Assembly: GCF_036321535.1 (NCBI RefSeq)
Contig: NC_087436.1
Span: forward strand, 8,742,001-8,806,000
Reading direction: 5' to 3'
Origin: Camelus dromedarius
Taxonomy: Eukaryota
DNA: 64,000 nucleotides
Positions 27,331 to 39,435 of the stretch are shown one piece after another. Position 1 is the first letter of the stretch. Each line of letters starts with the position of its first letter. The notes below the pieces were generated by a model. That model made no database searches, was not told the DNA's origin, and worked only from the letters and a program-made list of their open reading frames with translations. The translations under genes were made by a program, and so were the position numbers.

Positions 27331-28967
27331 CTAGCGAGGAGCTATTGAAGTGTCCGTAGGTTAAGACAGGAACCGTTTCACCAAGCTTATAATATAACAT
27401 TATGATCACTTGGAGAAAGGTAGTGCTTATGTAAAACCATACTGGTTTAATTTTCATAGACATTACTTAAGCATGAGAGGAAAAGCCCAGCTTATCACCC
27501 AGAAGGCTGTTACACTTTACTGTGGTTTTCTACTCTCACATACGAGCTAAGTGCCCTGGAGGTTGTATTTAAATATATGCTTGCGGGGGAAAAAAAAAAA
27601 ACTCTTATCGAACATAATGATGATCACTGTTCTATTCATAAAAAAGCATGAGAGATATCAAAGAAATGTTCAAGTAATCAAGTATCTTTTCTCTGTATGA
27701 TACGTTGGTATAAATATCATATATGATTTGAGAAAATTTGATATTATGACCAAAATGACTGAATGCGTAAAATACTGAATTACCTTGCTATCTTTAATCG
27801 GTTTTTAAATTTTAGGATGCTCACTTAGAGATGGAATTCAATGTGGTCATCTGGGGTGAGTGAATTATACAGACGTATGAAAGAGACAATTCAACACGAA
27901 GAGTTTGCTGTGAATACTCATTTGTCAGTCAGGATAAAGCAATCAGCCAATCAATACCCATTTCCTGTATGTTAACAGTGTGCTCAGCGGCGTGTTAAAA
28001 AGCTATTACAGACAGAAGCAAAGAACGTTAACCCGTGTTCATTCCTTCAGTTTGTCTCTGAGAAACCCCAGGGTGTTAATATGGGAGTCAATCAAATGAC
28101 ACCTTATTTGCTCTGTCTTTAATAAATTGAAAAAAAATTACCATTTTTCAGATTACAGTCAGTCAGACAGAGCTCAATGAATGAACTATTCATTTCACAG
28201 AGTGAAAGAGAATTTGAGCCTTTGCCACCGAACAAAGACTTTTAGTATTGTTTGCCTAATTTAAACAATTCAGTTAAGAGAGATTGCTATCAGCCATAAT
28301 GCACTGTTGTTACTGATAAAACTGGAACTGGGATCTGGGCCATTTGCCTTCACGGTGAAGTTCTACAGAGTTCAAGTCTCTCTAAGATGTCACAGCAAAT
28401 GGACGTGAAAAATAGGCATTGAACCCTGGCTGTTCATTTTGGCAGCTCTTCACAGCATCTGAAGACTTGGCCTCTGCTATGCAAATCCAGAAACAAATTG
28501 AACAATTCATCCAGAATTAATTAGACTACTGGGGATTGACTGAGCTCATCAAAACCGCAGGATACCTTTGTTTATACTGGAATACCAATTTATTCATGGA
28601 CAACTGGGAAAACATCAGGTTTAGTCAGCGGTGTCAGCTGTGAGCCTGGGAGTCTCCCTAGTGATGCTCAGGTCAAAAGCTTCTCAAGACTGATGAACAG
28701 AAAATTACAAAAAAGGGAGCTGGTGATCCTCAAGCCAGTCGAGCTTTAATTAGCTAATGAATTGCCCTTTTCAACCCTTAAGAGGTTTCTGTCTACAGAG
28801 CCTTTCTTTTTCTTGTCACTTTCAAGTTTATTGACAAATTCTCAGTACTGGTCCTCCTTTAAATTTTTTAACACCTTGTACATATACATTTGCAACTAGA
28901 CCATTAACTCAGGTAAGCTATAAGAGAGTATTAGAGCCTTCTTCACCTCAGCAAATGTTCCGATAGT

Positions 28968-29870
28968 CGTGGGCTTGGCAAACTATACCCATGGACCAAA
29001 TCGGACCCACCTGTAGGAGCTCATGATTGGGTTAATAAATTGTAACAGACCCCAACTACTTGTGACCTTTAGGAAGAACAAATGTGTATTGCTTGCAGGC
29101 GCCTGTGCATCTGCACTCCTGCCTTCTTGCTGTAAAAAGCAGAGACAATGCCTTGCTTACATACTTGAGGATTTAGCTAAGGGCTGCTTCCACAATGGCA
29201 AAGCCATTGTGTGTCCCTTGCTGTAAATGCAGGACACGGCTTGTTTTAAGCATAGGTCCATAGTTCAGGGTTTACTCTGCTCGTTGCAAAGTGATGACCC
29301 ATGCTCTCAGTTATAAACGCTGGGCATGCTTTCTGCTGTTTAGATAGTCTATATCCCCCAAGACAAGGAATTGGTGGTCTGGTGGTCTGTTTTGTAATCA
29401 ACTTCTTATATCTGAAGAATGTACCTTGTTCCCCTCCCCACATGACTGCCCTGAAGATAAATTAAGCCTTTGCACTCATTGTGGATTTTATGATCTCTAC
29501 CCGATCCTGCTCCTGCGTTCCATGACACAATTGTTCATGATCCTTTCTTTGATGGTGCATAATAAATATGGGAGTGTTTGAGAGGTTTGAGGAGTTGGTC
29601 TCCGACCCCCCTTCTCTCTTGACTTTCCAGAGTCTCGAGTAATTCATTCCATCTCGGTGGGACTTCTGCCGAACAGAACCCACACCCACCACCTGTTTTT
29701 ATAAATAAACTTGTTTTGGACACAACCATCCATCCATTCATGACTGTGCTGTGCATGCTACTGTCTGGCTGATTTCAGCTATATAGGCAGAGTTGAGCTG
29801 TGACTACAGAAAACTTTTGGTATGCAAAGCCTAAAATAGTTACCCTATTTACAGAAGTTGCTTAATCAAT
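28968..29870 (+). mobile_element. MER58A-like hAT element split by an LTR (pieces about 28968-29011 and 29685-29870)
   Basis: ttggcaaactatacccatggaccaaatc... resumes as cctgtttttataaataaa...gcagagttgag...caaagcctaaaata...tttacagaa. Confidence 0.75.
29012..29684 (+). mobile_element. ERV solo LTR, class II (ERVK/betaretrovirus-like)
   Basis: TG...CA termini with a perfect 6-bp TSD CCCACC (29006-29011 / 29685-29690). A 6-bp TSD is typical of class II ERVs. Confidence 0.8.
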
Positions 29871-30477
29871 TGAAATACTGCTTGGATGGTTTCACTTTCC
29901 TTTGATATGCTTTAGTTATTTAAATGTGATCTGTTTGATTCTGCTCATTCTCCAGGTTCAAAACACTAAGCAGAAAATAATTACACAGAGAATACATGAA
30001 GATCGTGCCCATTTATATATGGGTGAGCTTGTAAACTATCGATGCATTTTCTTTTTAATCTTTGAGTCCTCTGTCAATAACAAATAACTAGGACCGTTGC
30101 CACTCTTAGAGTCTAATGCACAATGTTAAAGTTTAAATTACATTTGTCTCGTCCAAGTGCAATTCCTTAGTCCCTGGTAGTGGCATCCTGCTGGGTTTAT
30201 CTTCCCCAAGTTGATCATGAACAACAGTGATCATTTCTTCCTTCTTCTTCCAATGGAAATACTAATTCCCTGGGCACATCTCTTAGCCAGAAGGAAGGCA
30301 ATCCGATTTTCCCTGGGTATGTCATTCACAATCTTAGTCTGTAAACAAGCCTGATTTCCAAGAGAGTATTTACATTTTAATAGGGAACATTTTAATTCAG
30401 ATCTGTCTTTAAACTACTAAAATGCTTAGCAGAAACACTTTTGAGAAGGAAATCTTCCAAGGCACCCTTGTCAACAC

Positions 30478-31032
30478 TGTTACTACTTTCTTTCTAAGAA
30501 ATCAGAGGGACGTAGGTCTGACCAAGATTGCCTTAATGTTTTTCTCAGTGACTAACCTTTAGACAAAACCTGTCTGGAGTACAGGCCTCTCACCTCCCTT
30601 TCCTTAGGAAAGTTGCAATTGTAAATTCTTTCTCTGCCCCTTTCAGATGTAATCTTCTCCCAACTTGTTGCCAGTTTTATAACCCAGGAATATCTTTCTC
30701 AAGGACCTGGGAACCATGCCTTTGACATGTAATCATCAGGGAAGGTAGTACCTCAATTTCAGTCTCTGTGAGAGTGTAGGAGTTGAAATCCAATAAATGC
30801 CAATTAGCAGACACGCACGTTCAAGCCAAGTTGAACAACTTCATCCCTAGGCCATTGATTTTGGTACTTTTCCACTTGCTCACCACAGTATCAGTGTCTC
30901 TCCTGCCTTTCTTTTCAGTGGAGTTGAGTTCCATCTCTCTTCCTGTTGTGACAGTCTTGACTCCTGCCATAAAAGTCTTGGACAAACTTTCCCTCATCTT
31001 TTTAACTTGTTTGGTGCAGGTTTTCATTGACC
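30478..31032 (+). mobile_element. ERV1 solo LTR (MER34/MER39-like)
   Basis: cccaggaatatctttctcaaggacctggga...atgtaatcatcaggga...gttgagttccatctctc resembles the recalled MER34-group consensus. Confidence 0.6.
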
Positions 31033-32694
31033 ATCAGAAATCAGTTTTCCTTTTTGGAAAAGTTACAAATATTTGCTTACCTTCACTCCTTCTCATTCAT
31101 GTTTAAGAGAGAGGGAGTTTACAAAGAATTAAAGAAAGAACAGGTAATATTTATGCATGAGCTATAATTTTAGAGAGGACTAGAATGGAAGAAAAACCAA
31201 GATTGGCTTGATTTATTTTTACCTCTCCCAAAATAAAAAGTCATAAATTTAAGGATTTTTATAAACCTATGATTATTGCCACAAAATGATTGTTTCTTAT
31301 CATTTATAAAGCTTGGTATGCATCTTCTCTGCATATGAATGTAGTTTTAATTACTTTAAATATGCATGTCTCTTAGAATCTTCTAGGAGTAATTTAAAAT
31401 AATATCACTACCATGGAACTACAGGTCTTTACAAATCCTCCGTAAACGCAAAACAACTGGAAGCTCTCCAGCAAATCAAATGCCTGAGAACTCAGATTTA
31501 GGGTCATTAATCTTCATCATCAAAACAAAGAGATGTGAACTTAACTCAGTAATTGTGAATAGATGTTCTGCACTTTGCTTGCTAAAATTAGCGTACTAGA
31601 TTTAAATTATACAGATTGAAAATGCATTTATATAAATTAGAACCTCCATAGCTTTAATTTAAATTAAATTCTAGAAGTACAGATTAGAGAACTACTAAGC
31701 ACATTTGATTATTTGAGAAAAGGGGTCCAGGATAATAAGCACCAGAATTACATTTTGAAGCTTTTTGTCATGCAAAAGTCTCATTTTTTAATGTCACTTC
31801 AATATTTATAATATTTCTCAATTTTGTGAAAGTTTTACTAAGTACTATATCTTTATCCTATTCATTTAAGCAAATTCTGTAAACGGTACAGACTAGAATA
31901 ATTAAATACAATTATTTTTGAAAGAAACTGCTGAAGCAAATCTAAAAGGATTTTTTGTAATCCTTAAACAATAAAAGTCTAAACTACTTATAGCATCATA
32001 TGAAAAACAAGTAAAACAGATATTTCTGGTTAAGTAAATAAAAAAGTGAAGCAAACACATATACTGATGAATTCCAGCCAATGTAATTTTTGTAATAAAT
32101 TGTCAAATGTCTCTATTTTTACATTTATTCTGAGTTTTATATTATTAATTTGTGATAGAAGTATATAATTTTTATCAGATGATATTTGTTTACATTTTTA
32201 AATTATTATTTTTGAGAATATATTTTATACATATTTTAAATTCATAAAAACATTTTATAATTGATTTTAAGGTACATATTTAACAGGATATTTCAATATA
32301 TATTTACAAAATGTCAACAGAAACATATCATTTTAAGATTTTTAATTTATTTCATTTAGAATTAAGGCTATTTTAAGATATGATCAAACACTGGGCTATA
32401 TATAAAGTTGTCAGCAAGAATAATTCTGTTTTGGCTGGTGTACAATTAAAGGAAATTGAAGGATTAATGGGAAAGAAAAACACCATGGGTTTTCACTATA
32501 AATAGAATTCTTTAACACAAATATACATTTCAGCAGGAAGCTACACTTTAAAATTTTACAGCATTGACATTGTTACAAAAGGAAATTCTTTGGAAATAAA
32601 TCAAAAGTGGGAAAGAATAGATATGAAGAAAATAAAATGAAAAGAGTAGGTACAGCTGATTCAGTGGAAGAAATGTACAGAATAAAAGGCACCA

Positions 32695-34740
32695 AATATA
32701 AGATATCAAAACCAGACAAGGAGACCACTCACACAGACACACAAAATTATAGGCTGGTATCCATGATGAACATAAATGCAAAATCCTTAACAAAATACTA
32801 AGAAACTGGTGTCAACATGCATTAAAAAGGATCATACACCACGATCAAGAGGGATTTATTCCAGGGGTGTAAGAATGGTTCAACATCTGCCAATCAGTCA
32901 GTGTGGTAGACCACATTAACAAAATAAAGAATAAAAATCATACGATCGTCTCAGCAGATACAGAAAATGCATTTGACAAAATTCAACATCACTCTCAACA
33001 AAGTAAGTATAGAGGGAGTGTACCTTAGCATAATAAATGTCAATAAGAAAAGCCTACAGTTAATGTCATACTAAACATTTAAAAGCTGAAAGCTTTCCTT
33101 CAAAGATCAGGAAAAGACAAGGATGATCACTATTGCCACTTTTATTCAACACAGTAGTGGAAGTCCTAGCCTCAGTAATCAGGAAAGAAAAAGAAATAGA
33201 AGTTATCCAAATTGGAAAAAAAGAAGTAAAATTGTCACTATTTTCATGACATAATATTATGTACAGAAAACCCTAAAGACTCCATTAAAAAAGTGTTAGA
33301 ACTAATAAACAAATTCAGTAAAGTTGCAAGTTACAAAACCAATATGCAAAAATCTGTTTATTTCTATATACTAACAATAAGCTAGCAGAGAGGAAATTAA
33401 GAAAATCTGAATTATAAGCACACCAAAAAGCATACAATATGTAGGAATATACTTAGCCAAGGAAATGAAAGGCCTGCACACTGAAAACAGTAAGACATTA
33501 ATGAGAGACACTGAAGAAGACCCAAATAAATGGAAAGATACTCCGTACTCATGGACTGGAAGAAAAAATATTGTTAAATGTCCATATAGCCCAAAGAAAT
33601 CTACAGATTCAAGAAAATCTGTATCAAAATACCAATTGCATTTTCCACGGAAATAAACAATTCTAAAATGTGTATGTAACCACAAAGACCCCAAATAGCC
33701 AAAGCAATCTGGAGGAAGAAGAACAACCCTGGAAGCATCACGCTCCCTAATTTCAAACTATACTACAAAGCTGTAGTAACCAAGACAATATAATATTGGT
33801 TTAAAAACAGACATATAGGTCAATGAAATAGAATAAAGAGCCCAGAAATAAACCAATGAATATATTGTCGATTAATTGATGACAAAAGAGCCAAGAATAT
33901 GTAATGAGGAAAGCCTTGTCTCTTCAATAAATTGTGTTGGGAAAATTGGATAGTCACATGCGAAAGAGAGAAACTGGATCAACTATCTCCCATGGTACGC
34001 AAACATTAACTCAAAATGGATTTAAGACTTGATTGTGAGACCTGAAACCATAAAACCTCTAGAAGAACACATAGGCAATAAGCTCCTCTTTGACACAGGT
34101 CTTGGCAATGATTTTTTGAATTTGGCACTAAAAGCAAAAGCAACAAAGGCAAAAGTAAAAAAGTGGGGTTATTTCAAACTAACAACTTCAGGACAACAAA
34201 GAAAATCAAAAACAAAGTGCAAAGGTACCTACCGAATGGGAAAAAAATTTGTAAAACATTTATCTGATAAGGGGTTAATATCTCAAAACTACGAAGAACT
34301 CATACAACTCAATCAAAAAATCAAACAGTGATTTTTTTTTAAAAATGAGCAGAAGATCCGAATAGACATTTTTCCAAAGAATACTTATAGATGATCAACA
34401 GATGTATGGAAAGGTGCTCTGCATCATTCATCATCAGGGAAATGTAAATCAAAAGCACAATGAGATTATCACCTCTCACCTCTTAGAATGGCTACTGTAA
34501 AAAAGGAATGCATATGTACATGTATACATGTATATATATAAGCACATATATTATATATAATAAAATATGTAAATTATATGTAAATAACTGTTAATATGTA
34601 TAAATAAATATATGTAAAAACTAGCTTACAGAAAAACAGGTTGGTGGTTGACAGTAGTAGGCGTGGGTGTGGGAGAAATGGGTGTACTGTTTTTGTTTTT
34701 CTTTTTAGTTTAAATAAAATGAGTTTAAAAAATTAAAAGA
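32695..34740 (+). mobile_element. 5'-truncated L1 ORF2 fragment with an internal gap near the 3' end
   Basis: RT-region remnants ([27 protein letters not shown]). ORF2 breaks at about 34500 into a TA-rich tract, then a short 3' UTR. TSD agaataaaaggcacca 32679-32694 / agaatgaaaggcaaca 34741-34756. Confidence 0.88.
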
Positions 34741-35529
34741 AGAATGAAAGGCAACAGGGAAAATATCTTAAGGGGAATCTTAAAACCATCACTTTCTCCA
34801 TCACTATCCTAGCCTTTAATGTAAATAATACTCAAAATAAAAAGTAATCCTTGTCTTTTTATATTTGCATCCCTTCTCAGAAAAAAACAAAATCAATTTT
34901 CAATAATTTTAAACTATTAATGCTACTGTCTTATGTGGAGACATTTCATTAGTATTATTCCCCTCAAGAAAATTCAATAAACCAATGCAAGTTTGATTTT
35001 ATTGTTGAATTTGGTTTATAAAGATTGTCACATCATATTCTCTAAATGTATATTTGCTGGTATTTCATTTACTTCAGACACAGTAGTACAAGCGAACACG
35101 CAGAACACAGTATTTCCCAAGCACTGCTTAATTATCAATTTAATATTAAATAAGTCAGACATTAAGCTCTCCATTTTGTTAAAATAGCAACCCAGGAACA
35201 AACTGAGATCCTTAACTAATTCCCCTTATGCTCATAAAAACAAAGATTTGTAATTAGCACAGTTAAATGGAAAGTATTTTTATATAATCCATTTTTTTTA
35301 TTTATCAAAATTCTAATTTGGCAGCTTCAAGGAGCAGGGATTGCCTATACTATTATGAAAGCATAAACTTTGATGTAATTTCCTCAGAAGTACAAATATT
35401 AAAATTCTAGAGGGACAAAAAATAATAATGTAATTTTCCCCAAAACCATGTGGTATAATCAGATTTTAATTTTCTGCTAAGAAATGCTTATATAAATGTG
35501 CTTTTAAGAACTTTTTTTTTAAAGCCAGA

Positions 35530-37280
35530 AGGGAGTGTTCAAAATGGTGGTGTAGGAAGATCCTTAACTTATGTCCTTTCACAGAAACAACAAATGTACA
35601 ACTTCATATGGAATAATTCCCTCAGAAAAAGACGTGAAACCTGGATGAACATCCTCCACGACAAAAAATAAAAGAAAAAGCACTGAGATGTAAAATAGAG
35701 GCAGAGATACGAGTTGGCCAAGGAAAAACCCGCACCCCAGCCATGGTGATCCACCATTGCGCGGGGTCACAAAACTAGAGATTTTTTAATCTAGATCCTG
35801 CACAGGAGAGATAAACCCCAAAATGCCTGGATTTGAAAACCAAAGATGAATACACTCAGGAGAACCACAGAACTGTAGGAAATCAAAAAACACCCTTAAA
35901 GGACCTGTGTGCAGACACCCTCAACCTGAAAGCCGGTGTAAACAAACCAGAATAAAAGGTGCAGTGTCAATAAATAGTGAAGTGTCTGCCAGGGAGGCTG
36001 GAAACAGTCGGGATGCTCCCAGGGGAGCAGTCACAGGCAGGAGCCATTTACTTGAGCTCAGGCTACGTTGTTAACACCAGCACTGCCAAGTGCAGTAATG
36101 GAATTCTCCCTCTAACCTGCTAGCACTGGGCATGCTCTGCTGAGAGCCCTGCCCACCCCTGCACCTTGGCGAGGCCTCAAGCAAGCTGAGTGACAGCCAC
36201 ACCCACCAATGCATTATAGCAGCTGCAGACAGACCGCAAACCTGGTGCGAGGGCCAGTGCCACCCACCAGTGCCCCACAGCAGCCACGGTCCCACCATAG
36301 CAGGAGGATACACACAGCCTACAGAGGGGACACCCACTGAGTGCCTGGCCCAGCCACTGAGTGGACAGGTCAGACTGCACTTCTGAGCCACATAAGACAC
36401 CATCCAAACAAGGTCCCTCTTTCAGTACTGGGAGAGACTGCTGATATCCCTAATACATAGAAAGAAGCAAAGAGAATTAAACAAAATGAGAAGATAGAGG
36501 AATAAGTTCCAATCAGAAGAACCTATGAGGGGTGGGAACCTAAATGAGCAGAGATAGGCAATCCACCTGATACGAAGTTCAAAGTCATGGTCATAATGAT
36601 GCTGACCGAACTTGGGAGAAGAATGGATGAGCACAGCAAAAATTCCAACGAAGAGGCAGAAAATATAAGAAATCACCAAACAGAAGCTATAGCTAAATGG
36701 AAAGAAAACTCAAGGGGTTTTCAATAAACAAAAGGGAATAGAGAAAGAGAAGAAAAAGAAAAAGAGAGGAGCTGCAAAGCTGGCCAGAAAGCAATTTAAA
36801 AAATGGCAATAGGTATTTAGCTATCAATAATTCCTTTACACGTAAATGGATGAAATTCACAAATCAAGACATCAAGTTTATGCGTGGATAAAAAAGACTC
36901 ATCTACCTGCTGCTTACAAGAGATTTCCTTCAAAACAAAAGACACAAAGACTGAAAGTAAAGGGATGGAAAAAGATACTCCGTACAAAAACAAAAAAGAA
37001 AGCTGTAGTAGCAATACTTGTATCTGACAAAATAGACTTTGAAAGAAACACTATAATAAGACAAGGAAGGGACTCACAAATGATAAAGGGATCAACCCAA
37101 CAGAAAGGTGTAATATTTATAAATATATATGCACCTAACAGAGAAGCATCAACGTATATAAAGCAAATATTACAAACTGAAAGGGAAAAACTGAAAGCAA
37201 TCCAATAAACTTCTGGGACTTTTACAGCTCCCTTACATCAATGCACAAATCATCCAAACAGAAAATCAATTAAAAAAAAT
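35530..37280 (+). mobile_element. L1 5' portion: 5'UTR, partial ORF1, ORF2 endonuclease domain; 3'-truncated
   Basis: The start aaaatggtggtgtaggaagatcct is homologous to the start of the 10775 element. ORF1 jumps to the inter-ORF region at about 36720. EN peptide LKVKGWKKI..VAILVSDKIDF..INIYAPN is present. Ends at cagaaaatcaat plus an A-run. Confidence 0.88.
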
Positions 37281-37799
37281 CAAACTTATTTTATCAAACA
37301 TTACCACTCCAAGTAATTCCAGCCTTATTGTGTGATGTTCTATTTGCTAAAAACAATCTTGCAATTATTCACAACTGAATTTGAGAAACATATATAAATA
37401 TAAGTTATATATTTATATATGAGATTATGCATACATCACACAAACACACACATAGAAAGTAGTACACAAGGAAATCACTTGCTTCCCCTGGGATGGGTGT
37501 CTCTAAGGTACTCTTCAGGTTTTCCAAGAATATCCATAACTATACATTAATTCTTTAACTTTTATTTGACATATTAACTAATTTAAACATTGAGCACTTA
37601 AATATATTTTAATTGTAAAAATGTAAAGATTAAGATAGCAATATTTTTCTTCCTGAATGGATCTATAAGTGTAAATTCCCTTTTCTTCAGGTAAAATATC
37701 ATTTTATGAATATTAAATGTCACTTTTAAATTAAAATATAATAAAGAATCACTCTCAATTTAGGGAATTTACGTGTCCCTGACTCTTAATTTTGATCAT

Positions 37800-37925
37800 A
37801 GCTTTATAGTAACTAAGCTTTTCATGGTGATCATTTCATAATTTATAAAAATATCAATTCACTATGTTGTACATCTGAAACTAATGTGATATTATAAGCC
37901 AATTATACTTCAATAAAATAGAAAT
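37800..37925 (+). mobile_element. Short L1 3'-end fragment
   Basis: ggtgatcatttc...atgttgtacatctgaaactaat...ttatacttcaataaaa. Confidence 0.7.
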
Positions 37926-38814
37926 CATGACAAGAATTACAAAATGTTCATTTCAGACTATTCAATAGAGTTGTTTGAGAAGTTTTCAGTCATTTAGTCC
38001 ATAGAATTGACATACATTGCAAACTCATAGGAAAAGAATAGGAGAGAGCTAAAGATACAGACAGACAGGCAGACGCAGAGTCAGAGAGACAGAGAAATAA
38101 CAGAGACAGGCAAGAAGGGAGACAATTAAGAGAAAGAAAGAGGGCAAGGAGCCCAGGAAAGCAAGAAAATACTAACAAAGTATGGTATCTCAGGGATAAA
38201 TATACACCCTAAGATGAAATCAATTGCTGCCTCTTTACAATATATTGCTTTCCTTTAATAAACTTATTATTTATTAGCCACCAAGTATTTAATGCGTGCC
38301 TCCTCATATCATACACTCGGAAATGTTGTCACTTCCCTTCTTGAGCCTGTTAGGATCCTTGGAGAATCGTAGACCCGAAACAGTTACACGTTTTCAAGTG
38401 TCAGTTCTGATCTTTGGTCAGTGCAGCTCCCAAGTGAGAACTTTCACTAACAGGCTGGAGTGTTCACTATAGTTTTCCTGAGACCAATTAAGACTGTAAG
38501 CTAATGGCAGGCAGATAATAAAGAAAACAGATTTTTATAAAGAGATCGGTCAATATACTTGTCTGTGATGGATGCAAGTATATAATATAGGTAATGGTTA
38601 TTATATGCAATATGAAATATGTAGATACAGCAATGCTTATAAATATATTATCTATATGTGCATACACATCCTGTATACTTGGATATAAGTCTCAGTGACC
38701 AAGCTCACACAAGCTGCCCTCATGGAAATCAATTCCTCCTGGAAAGGAATACGAAGGAGATTAAAGGCAATCATTTCAAATATGTTGTCTCATTTTTCAC
38801 TCATCAAGAAGCAC

Positions 38815-39330
38815 AGGCCCCGAGGTGGCGTCCGCGGACTTCAGGAGGCCAGGCCTGCCGCGCGGCGGAGGGCCCTGTGACCGTGTGCTGCGCCGCCACC
38901 GAAGGGCGGCGGGGGCTGCCGCCCCGCCTGTCCCCGCGCGCGGCCACCCTGGTGACGAACGGACACGCCGTTTCAGGACAGGAGTCCTTGCGTGAGTTTT
39001 CTGAGATGCTGCCTTCCAGCGAGTTCCAGATCCACGCGGTGGACTGCCAGCCCGTTCACGGCGGAGCCACCCGGAGCCAGACCACCGTCGTCGTGGTGAC
39101 CCGGGGGACGGGGAAGTTCGAGGGCAGCAAGCAGCGGGACGTCAACCAGAACGTCATCCTGACCGCCCAGGCCTCACCGGGCAACACGGCGTGGGAGATT
39201 GCCAGGGGCTGCTTCCGCTTCCAGAACCGGGCCCGCTAGTGGGGGCACAGTCACACCCCCAGCCCGCCCTCTGCCCTGCGCCCCGCCCCCCCCCCGGTCC
39301 AGGGCCCCTTCCTGCGCACGTGCGTGTTTG
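38815..39330. promoter_or_regulatory. CpG-island-like segment coinciding with the NXT1 retrocopy
   Basis: Hand count for 38821-39300 gives about 72% GC and about 52 CpG (obs/exp about 0.8) in an otherwise strongly AT-rich, CpG-poor window. It contains GC boxes (CCCCGCCCC near 39281) and CACGTG at 39317-39322. Regulatory activity is not shown. Confidence 0.7.
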
Positions 39331-39435
39331 CCATAGCTGCCCTTTCAAAATAGTAAGATTCTGTATTTTTCTGCTTGCCCTGTACAGACCCTGGTTCTGG
39401 AAATTCTGATGAATAAAACAGTGAGTGTTGAAAAA
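38817..39435 (+). pseudogene. NXT1: Processed pseudogene (retrocopy) of NXT1 (NTF2-related export protein 1/p15), antisense within an FSTL5 intron
   Basis: 38825-39239 aligns end to end with recalled NXT1 ([63 protein letters not shown]..stop). The start codon is ATG->GTG at 38825, and an 8-nt frameshifting deletion follows codon 7 (415 vs 423 nt). AATAAA lies at 39412-39417 and an A-tail starts at 39431. Imperfect TSD: AAGAAGCACAG 38806-38816 / AAGAAAAACAG 39436-39446. Confidence 0.92.

Noticed and set aside
38825..39239. Functional NXT1/NXT2 gene
   Set aside because: Start codon lost, early frameshift, many radical replacements, plus poly-A and TSD. Absence of introns was not used as evidence because the NXT1 CDS is recalled to be single-exon.
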